Origin: Raillietiella orientalis
Taxonomy: Eukaryota
Direction: 5' to 3'
Assembly (NCBI GenBank): GCA_036172245.1
Contig: JAYWIR010000030.1
Span: 930,001 to 994,000 of the forward strand
DNA length: 64,000 nucleotides
Shown: positions 35,501-47,500 of the stretch, piece after piece
Layout of the letters: each line of letters begins with the position of its first letter
Position numbering within the stretch: the stretch's first letter is position 1
Translations under genes and position numbers: made by a program
Notes under the pieces: model-generated
Database searches by the model: none
What the model was told of the DNA's origin: nothing
What the model saw: the letters and a program-made list of their open reading frames with translations, nothing else

Positions 35501-38500
35501 AGGCGCTCCACGCTGATGGCCGGTGGGCGTCTCCTCTGTCGCCCGCCGCAGTCCGTCCTCTCTTCCGTTCCCCCTCGCCGCCTATCATACGTCCTCTGTC
35601 CCCTCACTCCACCCCTGAGAGACGGGATCTTCCTTCTTCGCAGAGCGGATGATGCCTGCCTGCTGTTCCGGCCTTCCTCGGCTCACGGCTGCTGCAGAAG
35701 CCGTTGCCAAGGAGGCGGAGGAGGAGAAGCAGACCCAGGAGAAAGCAAGAGAGAGCCGCTTCCTGAGAAAGTACCAGCTGCAGTCTGAGCTTTCGAGACG
35801 GTTGGGGGGAGAAATTCAGTTCCTCTCCTCCTCCTCCCACCGACCGCCTCATGGACGAGCAGAAGACGCAAGCCTCTCCGGTCGCCTTCAAGCGGGAGGA
35901 GTCCTGCACGCACTCCTGTGGGCGACGCACTCCCACCGAACTGCTGCACCTGCCCGACGGTTAGGGAAATCGGACAGCGCCCTTCCCATCAGTCCGCCAG
36001 CTCGCCAAGCTGGCCGCCTTACCGTCCCTTCTTTCGAGAGCGGAAAGCGTGCCGCCGGCCGTCCAGCACGCGAGTCGCCGGACTTCGGTCTTGAAGCAAC
36101 CCTGGCAGCACTATCGACCCGGACGCGTCTACCGTCTCCCGCCATTGCAAAATCAGTGCTGTCAGTTGTTCCGCTCACACATGTGCCCAATGCACATGAG
36201 ATAATGGAATCCTGATACAGGGTGAGCGACTCAAAAGCGTCCCGCTTCGAGTCCGGCTTCCCATAGTGTGATGTCAGCGTCCGTGATCAGCATGGTTGCC
36301 ATCCATGCGATCCAAAGACACGGGAGAGAGAGAGTGAATCAGAAGCGATGGAAAGTCGAGTGCAGGGCGCGAGGCGAGGTGGGGGAACAAAGGCGTCATT
36401 TTAATTGAAATCAGTTCGCGTGCTACTACGAACTTTCGGGCAGCTTTTGACTGGATGAGCCTATCGTGCTGCAATCAAAGTCAGAAGAGCGAAAATTCAC
36501 TTCGTGGCGGTGAATCGCCGTGTTTTCGAAGGTTCGGGTGAACGAGGTGGAGCCCACATTCAGAGCGCGCGTAGCAATGTGGCCACCCTGCAGCGGCTGC
36601 AATCTGCTCATGAGCTCACCCCCGCACGCAGATCACAGACAGACCCGGAATCCGGACCCAGGTTGCTGCCTATCCTGTCGGGAGCTCTCAAACCAACTCT
36701 GCCAAGAGATCCGAGGCTGTCCTTAGCCAGGGTCATGAAGGAACTCGACACAGTTCACATGGAAGCCTTCTGAGAGAAGCCTCACGAGTGCTCAGATGAG
36801 ACACGACTCTCCACTTCGTTCCCCTGTTCCCGAAGATCACGCGTCCCCTGCATTCCATGTGCACCCTTGTCGTCTCGAAGAGTGTGGTCTTCGCGAGAGG
36901 TGGCCCCACGCTCCGGGAGTCGGAAGGATCAGCTTTCGTTCCCTACGTTTCTTGTTTCCCTACGTTTTTCCTCATTTTTTTGAAATTATTGTTTTTTTTG
37001 GGGGGTGATGGGAGGAGAAAGGGTGGCTTTTTCGGGAAGGGGGGGGGGTCTCAAAGTGCTGAAGAACCGTTCGCCTCCTCAGGGGAAGGGGGGCCGGATC
37101 ACGAAGCTCTTTAATCCTGTCCACGCTACCCGAGGGTGGGTGTGACTCTTCAAGGTAGGGGGAAACCCGGAGGGACCAGCCTGTGGATCCAGGAAGGCTC
37201 CGAAGGGAGAGATCCGTTCCTCTTACGCTTCGTAGCGGAATCTCAAAGGGAACCCTCGTCTTGGTTGTCTCCGAAGGGAACCCCTGGTTTGTGGGGATGC
37301 TCTTCGTTTCTTCTCCGGAGGGAGCCCACGAAGGAACCGATCCTTCTTGCCCCTCTGAAGAGAGCCCCGAAGGGACGCTTTCCTTGATTCCTGGAAAGAC
37401 CCCGAGGAGTCAACTTCCAGTCCCGGCCGGTCAACGAGGGCATCCGGTTTCCCAGCTTCCACTGGTGCCATATCCGAATGGTGCCACATCCCAACCAGCG
37501 TCATCTTGCGGGGGGAATTCGAAACCCACAACGCAACACGCATTCTCGGGGTCGTTCCTCCACGTGGGGATTCGAACCCGTGGCGCTTGATGCGACGCCC
37601 GGAGACCGCAGCCACAGGGACTCCAACGCGGGTCATGTGGCTGAGCTTCACTGAAGGTCAACGAAGGAAAACGCTTCGCTGGTACTTTGCAAGACAGAGG
37701 TAAAGAGGAACTCGGAGCGACAACGACGAAGCTCGCAGAGCTGAGCCTCCCGGAAGGAGCGAAGCTTTTTACCTGGCACCAGCCACAGGCCTTGCTTCCC
37801 CAGGTTGCAGTTCTGCTTCTCGAACGGACACACCCTCGTCTTGCTGTAGGTCGCAACCATCGACGAAACAGTCATGGTGTACTGGAAATGGCCAGAAGAG
37901 ACTTCAAAATTAGAAGAACAAGGAAGAATGACGATGTTGCTTCGGGTTGCGTCGAGTATGATGGTTCTGAGAAGAATCGCTATGCAAAGATTTATCCCGT
38001 GGGTCTTCCTGGATCTCCCACCCAGCGAATTCTGAAGCAGCAGCCAGCGTGCCAGCACCGCGTGCCTAAGAGCCCATTGCCAGCGGTGTTTCCTCCCCTC
38101 CTGCACTCCATCGGTAGGATGAGGACGTCGCTCTTTCCCATTTCGATCCTGCGTCTTCGATAGGATCCGCGATCCCTTCTTGTTCGGGATCGGCGGGATC
38201 ATTCGAGCGCACTGATCTGGGTAGAGAGCGACCTCTTACGCACGTCCTGGGAGCTTCCCAAGCTTGGTCTCGGTGCCACCTCGAAGCCTGTTCCCTCTCC
38301 TGGATAGCCCGTTCCAGGAAGAAGCTTCAGAGCAGGCAGCAATCCGGAGCACTGCCGAGCCGATTCCCAGCGGCACTGTTTCCCGCTCGAATCCTCGGCA
38401 TGAGATCGCGGTCTGTATTCCCCTTCTCTTCCTTCCTCCCCTCTTCCCCTCCCCTACCCACAGCAAGGCAGCCATCCCTGTTCCCTCCAAGCAGATTTCC

Positions 38501-41500
38501 CTCCCAAGGTAGAAACAAGGAGAGATGTGACCGCCACTCAGCCGGGACAGGACAGCAACTTCGAAACGGAATTCAAGAGCCATGGCTCCAGGCAGCGCCA
38601 GGAAAGCATGCCCTTGAACAAGCAGTCGTTTTCGAATTGACTTCTCCTCCCCTCCCCCACCCACTCCCGATCCATGGCTGCGCCCCAGCGGCGATTCGGC
38701 GAATGTCCAAGATGCAGCTCACTTAGTTTCCTTTTCCCTTGAGCGTCGTCCCGGAGACCAGAGCAGAAGACCGACGGGGGCGGAGGGGGAAGCCGAGGGT
38801 TCTGCTCGGGGGCGACTTCCCGGACGTCGTGCCCTTCGCGCCAGCGGAGCGAAAACCACCCTTGGGTTCCGATGAACCCCAGCGGCTCGATCCTTGGAGT
38901 TGGGGTTCCTTCGGAACCTTCGCGACTCGACATAATCTCCTCCGAGAACCATGGGAGCCTCCCACTTCTTGCAACCTCTTGCTCGAGGACACTCTTGTCT
39001 CCCTTTTCTCGCCTTCTGCTTCAGTGGGCGATCCTTCTGCGCAAAATTCCTGGCTTCCCGCCAGCTGGGGTCGGACCGGCGCGCTCCACAAGAAGCAGGA
39101 CTCCGGGGACAGCCCGGGGAACCTTTACGAGGGTTGAGTGCTTCCTCCTCACCCATACTCCCGTCTCCTCAGGTGCTGACCTCCCCCCGGGAAAGGGAAG
39201 TGCTGCGGAAGACGCTCCTTGGATCCACCTCTCCCACTGGAGGCAAGCGAGGTAGTGCCAGGAAGCGGGGTGCGCGCCTCGCACGCAGCAGCGAGCGGAG
39301 GAGGCGCGAAAGAGGAGGAAGGACAAACGCAGGGGTAGCGCGGACCAAACGGGGAAAGGAAGGCGGGTGGTACTCACGTTCTTGGCATCGCTTCCGTTCA
39401 GCAGGCTCGTTCCGAGGTCTCCCTTGATCATCTTGAAAGCTCTTTTGATGGTTTGGTCTTCGATGTGCTCCAGGTCGATGCTGTCGACGATGAGCCGCCA
39501 TTGCAATATCTTCCAGTCGTCCAGCACCTTCTCCTGCTCACTCTGGAACAAGATAAAGAGAAGTGTTGGCAGTCCGGAAGACTGGCGTGGGTGGCCGGGG
39601 AGAGAACGAGGGGAGATGTTCAGCCGGGGTGGCGCCGGGAATCAGTGGTTGGCAGCTGACTGAGGCGCCGCTCCGCTCGCTGGAAAGTCGGCCCGAAGTG
39701 CCGCGCAGGCCGCCGCCGAGGGTTTCTGGGGAAGCGTGGAAAGGACAGTCGCACCCGGACAGCGCCTGTCACCTCCAAGAAGCACTCGGTGGGCCCAGAG
39801 AGACACATGCAAGGATGGAGGTCCACGGATCTTTCCTCACCCTTGGTGCCAACCTGGAAAGTCGTCAGCTGCTCAGGGAGATCCCCCTCAACTGCCTGCA
39901 CCCCGAGCCTGCACGTTTGCGTCTTCCTGGAGATCAGCTGCCGTCCAGACGACTCCGATGACAACGGTATCTTTGTTCCTCTTCGCCTCCCTGGCTGCCA
40001 CTTTTGTTTGACCGGGTCCCGTCCCAGAAACAGGGAGATGGAGGCGTCTTGCCAATTCCGAGATCTCTTGCGGGAAAGCGGAGATCCCTCCAGACGTGAG
40101 GACTCGTGATGCCTCCTCCGATGCGGAGGATGGAAAGGTTTGCTCCCTTCCTCCTTCCCCTCCTCCTTCCTCTCCCTTTCTCTTCCTCTCATCTTCCTCC
40201 TCCCTTTTTCCTCTTTCTCTCATCTTCTTCTTCCTTCTCCACCTCCTCCTCTCTCCCGCTCTCTCGCAGGAGAGAGAACGACGCTCTGTCTCTGATGAAG
40301 AGGGGAAACCAGAGAGATTCCTGATTGCCGCTGCACTCCCTCTCTTGACACGGGAGAGGGAAGAGTGAGAGGAAGGATTGAATGAGACCGAAATGGCATC
40401 CTGGATTTCTTGGGTTAACGTCCCGAAGGCGTCTGCTCCCTTGAAGACAGTCTTTCCGGCCTCTCAGGGAACGGCTTCAGGGCGATAGTGGGGCAGATGG
40501 ATTTCCAGAGAGTTCCTGGCGGCTCTTCCTGGCATGGAGGGTGAGATGGGTAGGGGGAGATGCGTGAAGCTCCACTGAGTTGCACAGCAGCCAAATCGGC
40601 AGCTCAACCTTCTCGCCTCTGGAAGACGGTGCCATCGCGCCCTCCGAGCGACGCTGTGCGCCAGCAGCCAAGACGCCACAGCCAGCCCCTCCCTTCCAAG
40701 AGGGACCCTCAGGAAGCAGCCGAGTGAGAGAGGAGGCCCTGCCGTTTGGGCGTGGCAGGATGGCGCTCGGAAAGAGCTGCCGGTCCTCGCCCAGCAACAC
40801 GCGTCTCGGTCGGTCTGCCGTTCTCCGAAGGACTCGAAGGCGCCCCGAGGGCACGGTTGCAGCGGAAACGCTGATCGCTCCCCTCTGAAGAAGGAATCGG
40901 ATGGACGGACTGGGAGGGCGGAACCGGAGCAGCGAGGGAGCAGCGGGGATCGGTCCCCCCCCCTCCTCCCCCGCCTGCTCCCACCTCTTGCGAGTGGAAG
41001 TAGAGAGGAAAGCTCGCCTTCGCAACCCTTTCGCCAGCACGGAAGCGGTGGAGGCCGCGGAGATGCTCACCAGAAGCTCCTGCGTGCTGTTGCTGATGTC
41101 CAACGAGAAGTTCCAGCGGCTCTTCTGAAGTCTGCTCTCAAGGGGGCTGTAGCCGCTGTTGTAGCTCTTCAGCACCTCCATCAGGTCAGTGCTGCAGTCG
41201 CCTAGGAGAACAGGGGAGAAAGGTCAGGAGTCTTCGCGACCCGGAGGGTCCGTCGACTCGCCTCCCCACCCGATGCACTCGTTCGAGACGCTGCTCTTCA
41301 GCCACGTCGAGAGGTCCCCGAAGTATCGCAGGAGCGGCTCCGCCGTCATCCTCCGGGAGCGGGTGAGTTCCTCCAGGGTATCCCTCCAGTGCTGGGAAGA
41401 CCCCTTGGCCAGCGCCTCCCTAGAATGGCGGAAGAGCGCCGGAGGGTAAGAGACGAAGGGCCGAGACGGCCTTCCACTCACCTCAGCTTCCTTCCTGCCG

Positions 41501-44500
41501 CCGTGCTGTTGAAGAAGTCGCACTCACTCAGAGGTCCCGCGTGCCCGGCGGCGGAGCAGAGGGCCTCGTAGAACTGGAACTGCAAGACGTGGGCGACGAA
41601 GTACCTAAAATCCCGGGGGGTAGGGTAGGGGTGGAGGGAAGATCCCGCCTGACGGGGGATCTCGGACTTACCGGATGTACGGGACATCTCCCGCCACGTG
41701 GAACTTGGCCACGGGGTCGAGGTCGGTCTCAGTCCGCGGCACCGGGGGTACCAGCCCCTGGTAGCGGTACCGGTGGCGCCACCACCGCTCGTTCAGCTCG
41801 CTCTCGGAGGCGCTTCCGTCGAAAACTTCCCAGCGCCACCTGTCTATCAGGTAGCCGAAGGGAAGGAAGGCCACCTTGCCCAGGGCCTGCAGCAGCAGGT
41901 GGTTGATTCGCGCCTCCTTTCCTGACGAAGGGGCACCGCTGCGGGCCTCCAGCAAGCCCGCGGCGGCCAGATGGGCCTCGGTGGAGAAGGCCAGCTCTAC
42001 CGTGTCGCCAATGGCTTCGTGGAAACCTGAGGGAAGAGGGAAGTGGTCAAAGGTCAGAGCAGGAGGACTTTTTCCAGGGCTGCCGAGGGAGGGAGGGGAG
42101 CAGGAGGCGCTCAACCATCCCTAGCTCGGAGCATCATGGCCAGGGCCCCTTTGAGTCACGGGGCAAGAGGAAGGAGAAGGAGCAGCTCTGCTGTTGCGGA
42201 CGCAGTTGGCAGAGCCCCTTCTCCTCCCCTCCCCATTCCACCTTCTCCTTCCTCCTCTCGAGAATACGGAGGCATTCCCTGGCTTGCACGCCACACTGCA
42301 TATTTCTCCCTCCGGGCAGCGAGGCCGGTCGCTCCCTCCTGTGCGCGACGGGCAGGGACGCAATGCCCTCGGGATGGAACTCCGTCCCTCCTTTTCCATG
42401 ATCTTTTCTGCCCGACCGAAATCGGAGCTACAGCGGCACACGGGCCTCGGGAAAATCCCCAACTCCATGCGCGAAAGCCTGCCCAGCCTCACCGTCTCCA
42501 TGGGAACCCTGGTTTGTTAGGGAGCGAGCCGGTGCACCGTTACACGTGGGTTCCCTCTCCCACCAGAGTGTTGGCAGAAGAGGGCGTGAGGAGGCATCGA
42601 GCGTGCACGGTTTTTCCTCTCTCGGGCAAATCTCCTCCGTTTGACTCCGTTCAACGAATTTCCGTCGTTTTTGACTGCCGCGTGTCGGATGGGTTTCCTG
42701 GGCCACGCGCCGAAGACCGAGGTGAACGGAACGTCGGGAAAAATCTCGATCGCAGGGTTAGCAAGAATCGGCGCTTGGCCAGCGGTCCTCAAGCTCACAA
42801 GCAAGAAATCTGAAAAGTCTCCTCGCCCCCAGAGACGGACTATCTTGGCGTTTGAGAGCTGTGGGAGACTACCGGAAGGGACAGCGGGAGGAAACCTTTC
42901 CTCTTAGCAAGCGGCTACAGCAGCAGACGGCACAAGGAGGAAGGCCGTGTTTTGCCCGGCAAGCGCTGGGAATCCGAGAGGTGGTTCGCTCGCGAAATGA
43001 AGATCGCCTTCTCTGGCATCCCAGCACTAACCTGACGAGAGGTTTGCTGCCGAAGAAGCGCCGAAGACAGAAAGAAGCGACGGCACTCACTCATAGCACA
43101 TGCTCGTGGGGGCGCCGCAGGCATTTCATTTCGTTTTGAATGCATATGTCTGACGACGCTTCTGTTACATCCTCAAAACAGAAGAAGAAAGAAAAAAGAC
43201 GAAAAGTGGCTGCAAAATCAGTACCTTCGTTTGCTCCTTCTCTGAAAGCGAATGGCTGATCACGATACTCCATGAAATACTGGATGTGCCCCATCTCATG
43301 ATGAATCACTCTGAAATCTTCATAATTGATGTTTGTGCACATCTTGATCCTGGCATAAAGGAAGACATCGTCAACGTGTGCTTCATAGGAGGGGCAGTAA
43401 AACACTTAATGAACTATTTTTTTCAAGACAAGAAGCGATTTCTGTGCGGATTTCCAAATCCAAGTATGAGACGCCCTGCTATATGTCCAGGATATTCCGA
43501 GTTGAGGTCTCTACGACCCCGGGGCTTCCTTCCGTGTTACAGCACGGGGGGAATATTGGGAAAACGAGTTTCCGTTTTTTTTCTTCCTCTCTCTCTCTCT
43601 TTTTCTTCCTGCTGTGAATCTTTGATTAATGGGCGGATAATGGCATCACCGAATTAGTTCATAAAAGGGATCGGAAATTCGAATAAACTTCAGCAAGCGA
43701 AGAAAGTTGGGGTTTGGAGCGGCGTTTCCCAAACACCAGTGGTCCACGGAAGGTCAATGAGTGTTCCGCGGAAAATCATGAAAATTAATAGATTTTAAAT
43801 GCTATCAAGTTCATTTTACTATTCGCGCGTGTTTTTGTTTCACATAATCAAAATTTGAGAATAAGTGTTTGCTTTGTTTTCCTTACTCTTATATTTACTT
43901 GCTTAATTAATTTATTATTATTATCTGCCTACGCCCCTGTGAAACAACCAAGGTGTTCCGTTGAAATTCCAGGATTTGCAAAGTGTTCCGTCGTAGAGGA
44001 AAGTTTGGGAAACGCTGGTTTGGAGGGATGATATCTCATTCTTATCACACTTGCGAATCCCGGAGCATCAGGTAAGTGGGACTCGTCGTTTGGCCTCCAG
44101 ATCTTGCTGAAATCTCTAGAGCAAAGCCTCAAACTTTGGTCCAGAAACCCCCCAGCTCTGCCTAGGAGGAGGAGGAGGAGGCTAGTTTGCCGCAGTGACG
44201 TTTCCTCAGATGCGTTTCGAAGCAGAAGGACCGAATTTTGGAGGCCCATGGCACCGCGAGTTGATACCCACCGATCATTTACAGGTTGCTCCGTTACGCC
44301 GCTGGACCCCGTACGCTGGCGATCCCCGGATTTCGAGGAAAGATCAAAAGAAATCGGGACTCTGACAGTAGCCAGTGGCATCGGGACGAACGGGACCAGC
44401 ATATTCCTGTGCGCAGGACGGGAACACGGTATTGACCTCGCTCTCATTGCCTGGTGACAGCCTCGCGTGGACTCTTTTGGAAAAGACATCTCCCATGCTG

Positions 44501-47500
44501 GGAAGGTTAACGGCATGGTCGGGACTGCGATCATCACACGAATGAAGAAGGTTCGTTCGAGATGCCGACCAGATAGAAAATGGGATCGTTAATGACGCTT
44601 TTTTGCCCGTGATGCCAAGTGCACAAAAACGAAAACAAAAGGAACTCAGTTTCACCTAAAGTCGGAAGATCCTCTTCCCAGGCAGAAATCTGAAGCGCTA
44701 GCGTGGCAGACCACTTCCCTGTCGTTTGGCCGAACCAGCATGGACTTGTTCCAGAACGTCTCCGTCATAGGATCCAATCCCATGGAAACGAAAAAGGATT
44801 CCGCATCTTTGAACATTTTCATCACATCATAATTCTGAAAATTCGTCATTTTCAAGTGTCACTATTGGATTGTATTAGGATGATATTACGTATGCCATCA
44901 CTCACATAAGCCTATATCTACAAGCATCTGCGTGGAGGGATAGACAGAGATATGTGGATACATATATATATGCGCTAGAATACTCATATGTATACATAAA
45001 ATTTCTGTCATACTTTCTCAATGATTTGAATTTTTTCGCCCATTTGGTTAGCATGCGCTTTTTTTTTTTTTTTTCGAAACCAATAATTCTATTCCTATAG
45101 CATTTGCAGGATGTTTCTTTGCTTGTTTTTTTTTTTCCCTGGAGGGCGGGGGGAGGGGGCGTTTTTCCGAAGTTGTACACAAGTGGCCTCTCATTTACAG
45201 TCGCTAAAAGATAACACTTCTTCCTCCAGGAACGGTGGGTGAGCTTTCCTTGGAAGTTCTGCCACACTTGTGCTTCGCTTACTACAGAGTGTGCTGCTGC
45301 TGTTGCCGTGAGTTACGCAGACTCCCTCCACATGTGCAAGAGAACGATTACGTCCCTTAATGATCCCATAACTTCTCTGTCAGCTCCAAAGAGATTTATT
45401 TATGTTTATGTAAACCTGATTCTTCTTAATCAACCTGCGAACAAAAACGTAGCTTGAAAACCTCTCTTCGGGGGAGAAAAAAAAATTATGTACGTCACTA
45501 CAACGTACTGCATTGTACCTAGCACACAGACTTATTGGTCCATCGACGTGAATCCTCACAGTGGAAAAAGTTCAGTCTGCCGTTTTGCAATTTCCGAACC
45601 TCTATTTTTTCTTTTTAATTAATATTAGAGCTACCGTTTAGACTTTACGAGCGCTAACAGAGGATACGAGCGAGGGGTGATAAAAAAAAATCAACAAAAT
45701 GAGAAAAATGTAATTACGTCAAACTGTGGTTGCAGCAAAAGTCAAACACCTACAACTATTTACAAGGTCTAAAAGAAGCATTTTTGGACTTGGCACTGAG
45801 GAGTGCAAAGCAGGGCAAGGCAAAGGCAAAAGAGGGCAAGCAGGGACATCTATGGACGCCCAGACTGGGGTGCCCACCCGACGATGCAAGCGACCCCATC
45901 CGCTACCTGATGAAGGAGGGACAACCCAAAGACCGGTCCACTATCAACTAAACAGCAGTTCACCGATCATCATGGAAAAGCTGGAAGAGCAGGCAGAGCC
46001 AGCGAGAATGATTCTGCAGATGTAAAAAGAATTAATTTAATTTAAAAAAAAAAGAAGCAAACTCCAAAGCGCTTGAGCGAAAAGAATCCGTCTAAAGTGT
46101 TCACTAAAGTGAAGGTGTCAGCCATGAGCCCAGGATTCGTATGGCGGTTTCCCACCCGGTTTCACACGCAGCACCTGATTTTTCTCTGCAAAAATTAAAA
46201 GGAAAAAAAAAAAGGAAAAGGAAACTCCTCCATTTGACGTCATCGTAGACGTCAACAACTTTGCGTCCTCGCGTTTAGCAGTCCCATCGCATTATTCGTC
46301 GAAGAGTTGCTCAGCTGCCGTCGTGTTTGCCGTCTGTGGCCGCCCCGCGAGCTTTGCCCCCTGGCTGGTTTCCCCGTCCCCAGAATCACGTAAAGCCTTT
46401 CGGATTGAGTCATAGGAACGGAACACGGTTTGCCAGTGGCGCGCGTCACGAGCAGGGAACTGGCTGATGGGAATGCTGCGAAGAACCTTCGTGGAAAATT
46501 ACACACTGCTGCCAATATCTCAATCGCACGCCTTTTCGATCGGCGAGCGGTCGTCGAAAGTGGAGAACGTGAACCTGGATGCTGACGCATGCCAAGGGCG
46601 TGCCGCCCGGCCTCTTAGACCTTGGCGTCCGACAAAACGTGGGCGCAAACTTCGGCGCCGAGAACGGGGGGTGCGTCAAAGGTTTCATGTTCCCCCCTTT
46701 CCCTTGCAGGACGATGCTGGTTGACCTATTCGGGTGCGTCATGGTGGAAACCGGGTGCCCCGTTGACTGGCCAAGTTGACCCTCCGGGGTCCTTCCAGAA
46801 ATCAAGGAGTCGGTTCCCTTCGAGGTTCCCTTCCGGGTGTGAAAATGGGTCCGTCTCCCCCCTCGGGGTGGAAAGGAGAGCGTCTCTTGCGAGGTCCCAT
46901 GGCGTACAACGCAGCTGGTTGATACCCCTCTCGGAGGTTGCTTCTCGGGAATGTTACAGAAGTTCGTCACTCCCTTGGGGGAGTGTCCTTCAGGGAAATT
47001 TGGCTCCCTTCGTGGTTCTCTTCAGAGTAGTAATAAGGGAAGGGTCCCTCCTTAAAGAATGAGGAAGAGCTTCCCTTCGACGCTCCCTACCAGGCGCAGG
47101 AGGAACGGACCCCTTCCTCCAGAGTCTTCCTGAATCCATAGGGTGGTCCCTCCGGGTATCCCCTATAACTTGGAGCGTTACACGCACCCCCGGATGGTGC
47201 AGACACCATTAAGAGCGCGTTTCGAGCTCCCCCTAAGGAGACGAGAACGGTTCTTCAGCACTTGGCGAACCAAACCACGGAAAACCATAGGAAACGATGG
47301 AGATGACGTGGAGGCATATCCGATCGTTCTTGCATGGAATTTCGGCACTTACAGGCATGTAGCGAGAAAAAAATGAAGAATAAAATTCGTGAGCAACCCC
47401 TGACCCTTAATTAAGGGAGCGTTTGCTTTAGGCATTTGACCAGTGTGAGACGAACCTTTTCCAAATGCCCTTCGTAGGAAACATTTTTAGAAAGGAACCC

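Noticed and set aside
35649..36800. Possible nested plus-strand gene or retroelement ORF1 (charged helix [31 protein letters not shown])
   Set aside because: No coherent exon chain or recognisable domain could be built.
40284..40316. Hammerhead-like CTGATGA...GAAAC, and CTGAAGA motifs on the antisense strand of the SINE-like repeat
   Set aside because: Stems I and II cannot form at 40284-40316. In the repeat the motif is followed by CGAAG rather than the required GAAA plus stem III.
41202..41240. Alternative GT donor (g|gtcgcg) at the ACE domain junction
   Set aside because: Poor consensus, and it would give a 39-nt intron, shorter than any other here. The GC donor fits better, though RNA data are needed.
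45720..46052. Short ORF followed by an A-rich tail, suggesting a retroposed fragment
   Set aside because: No TSD or recognisable protein motif.
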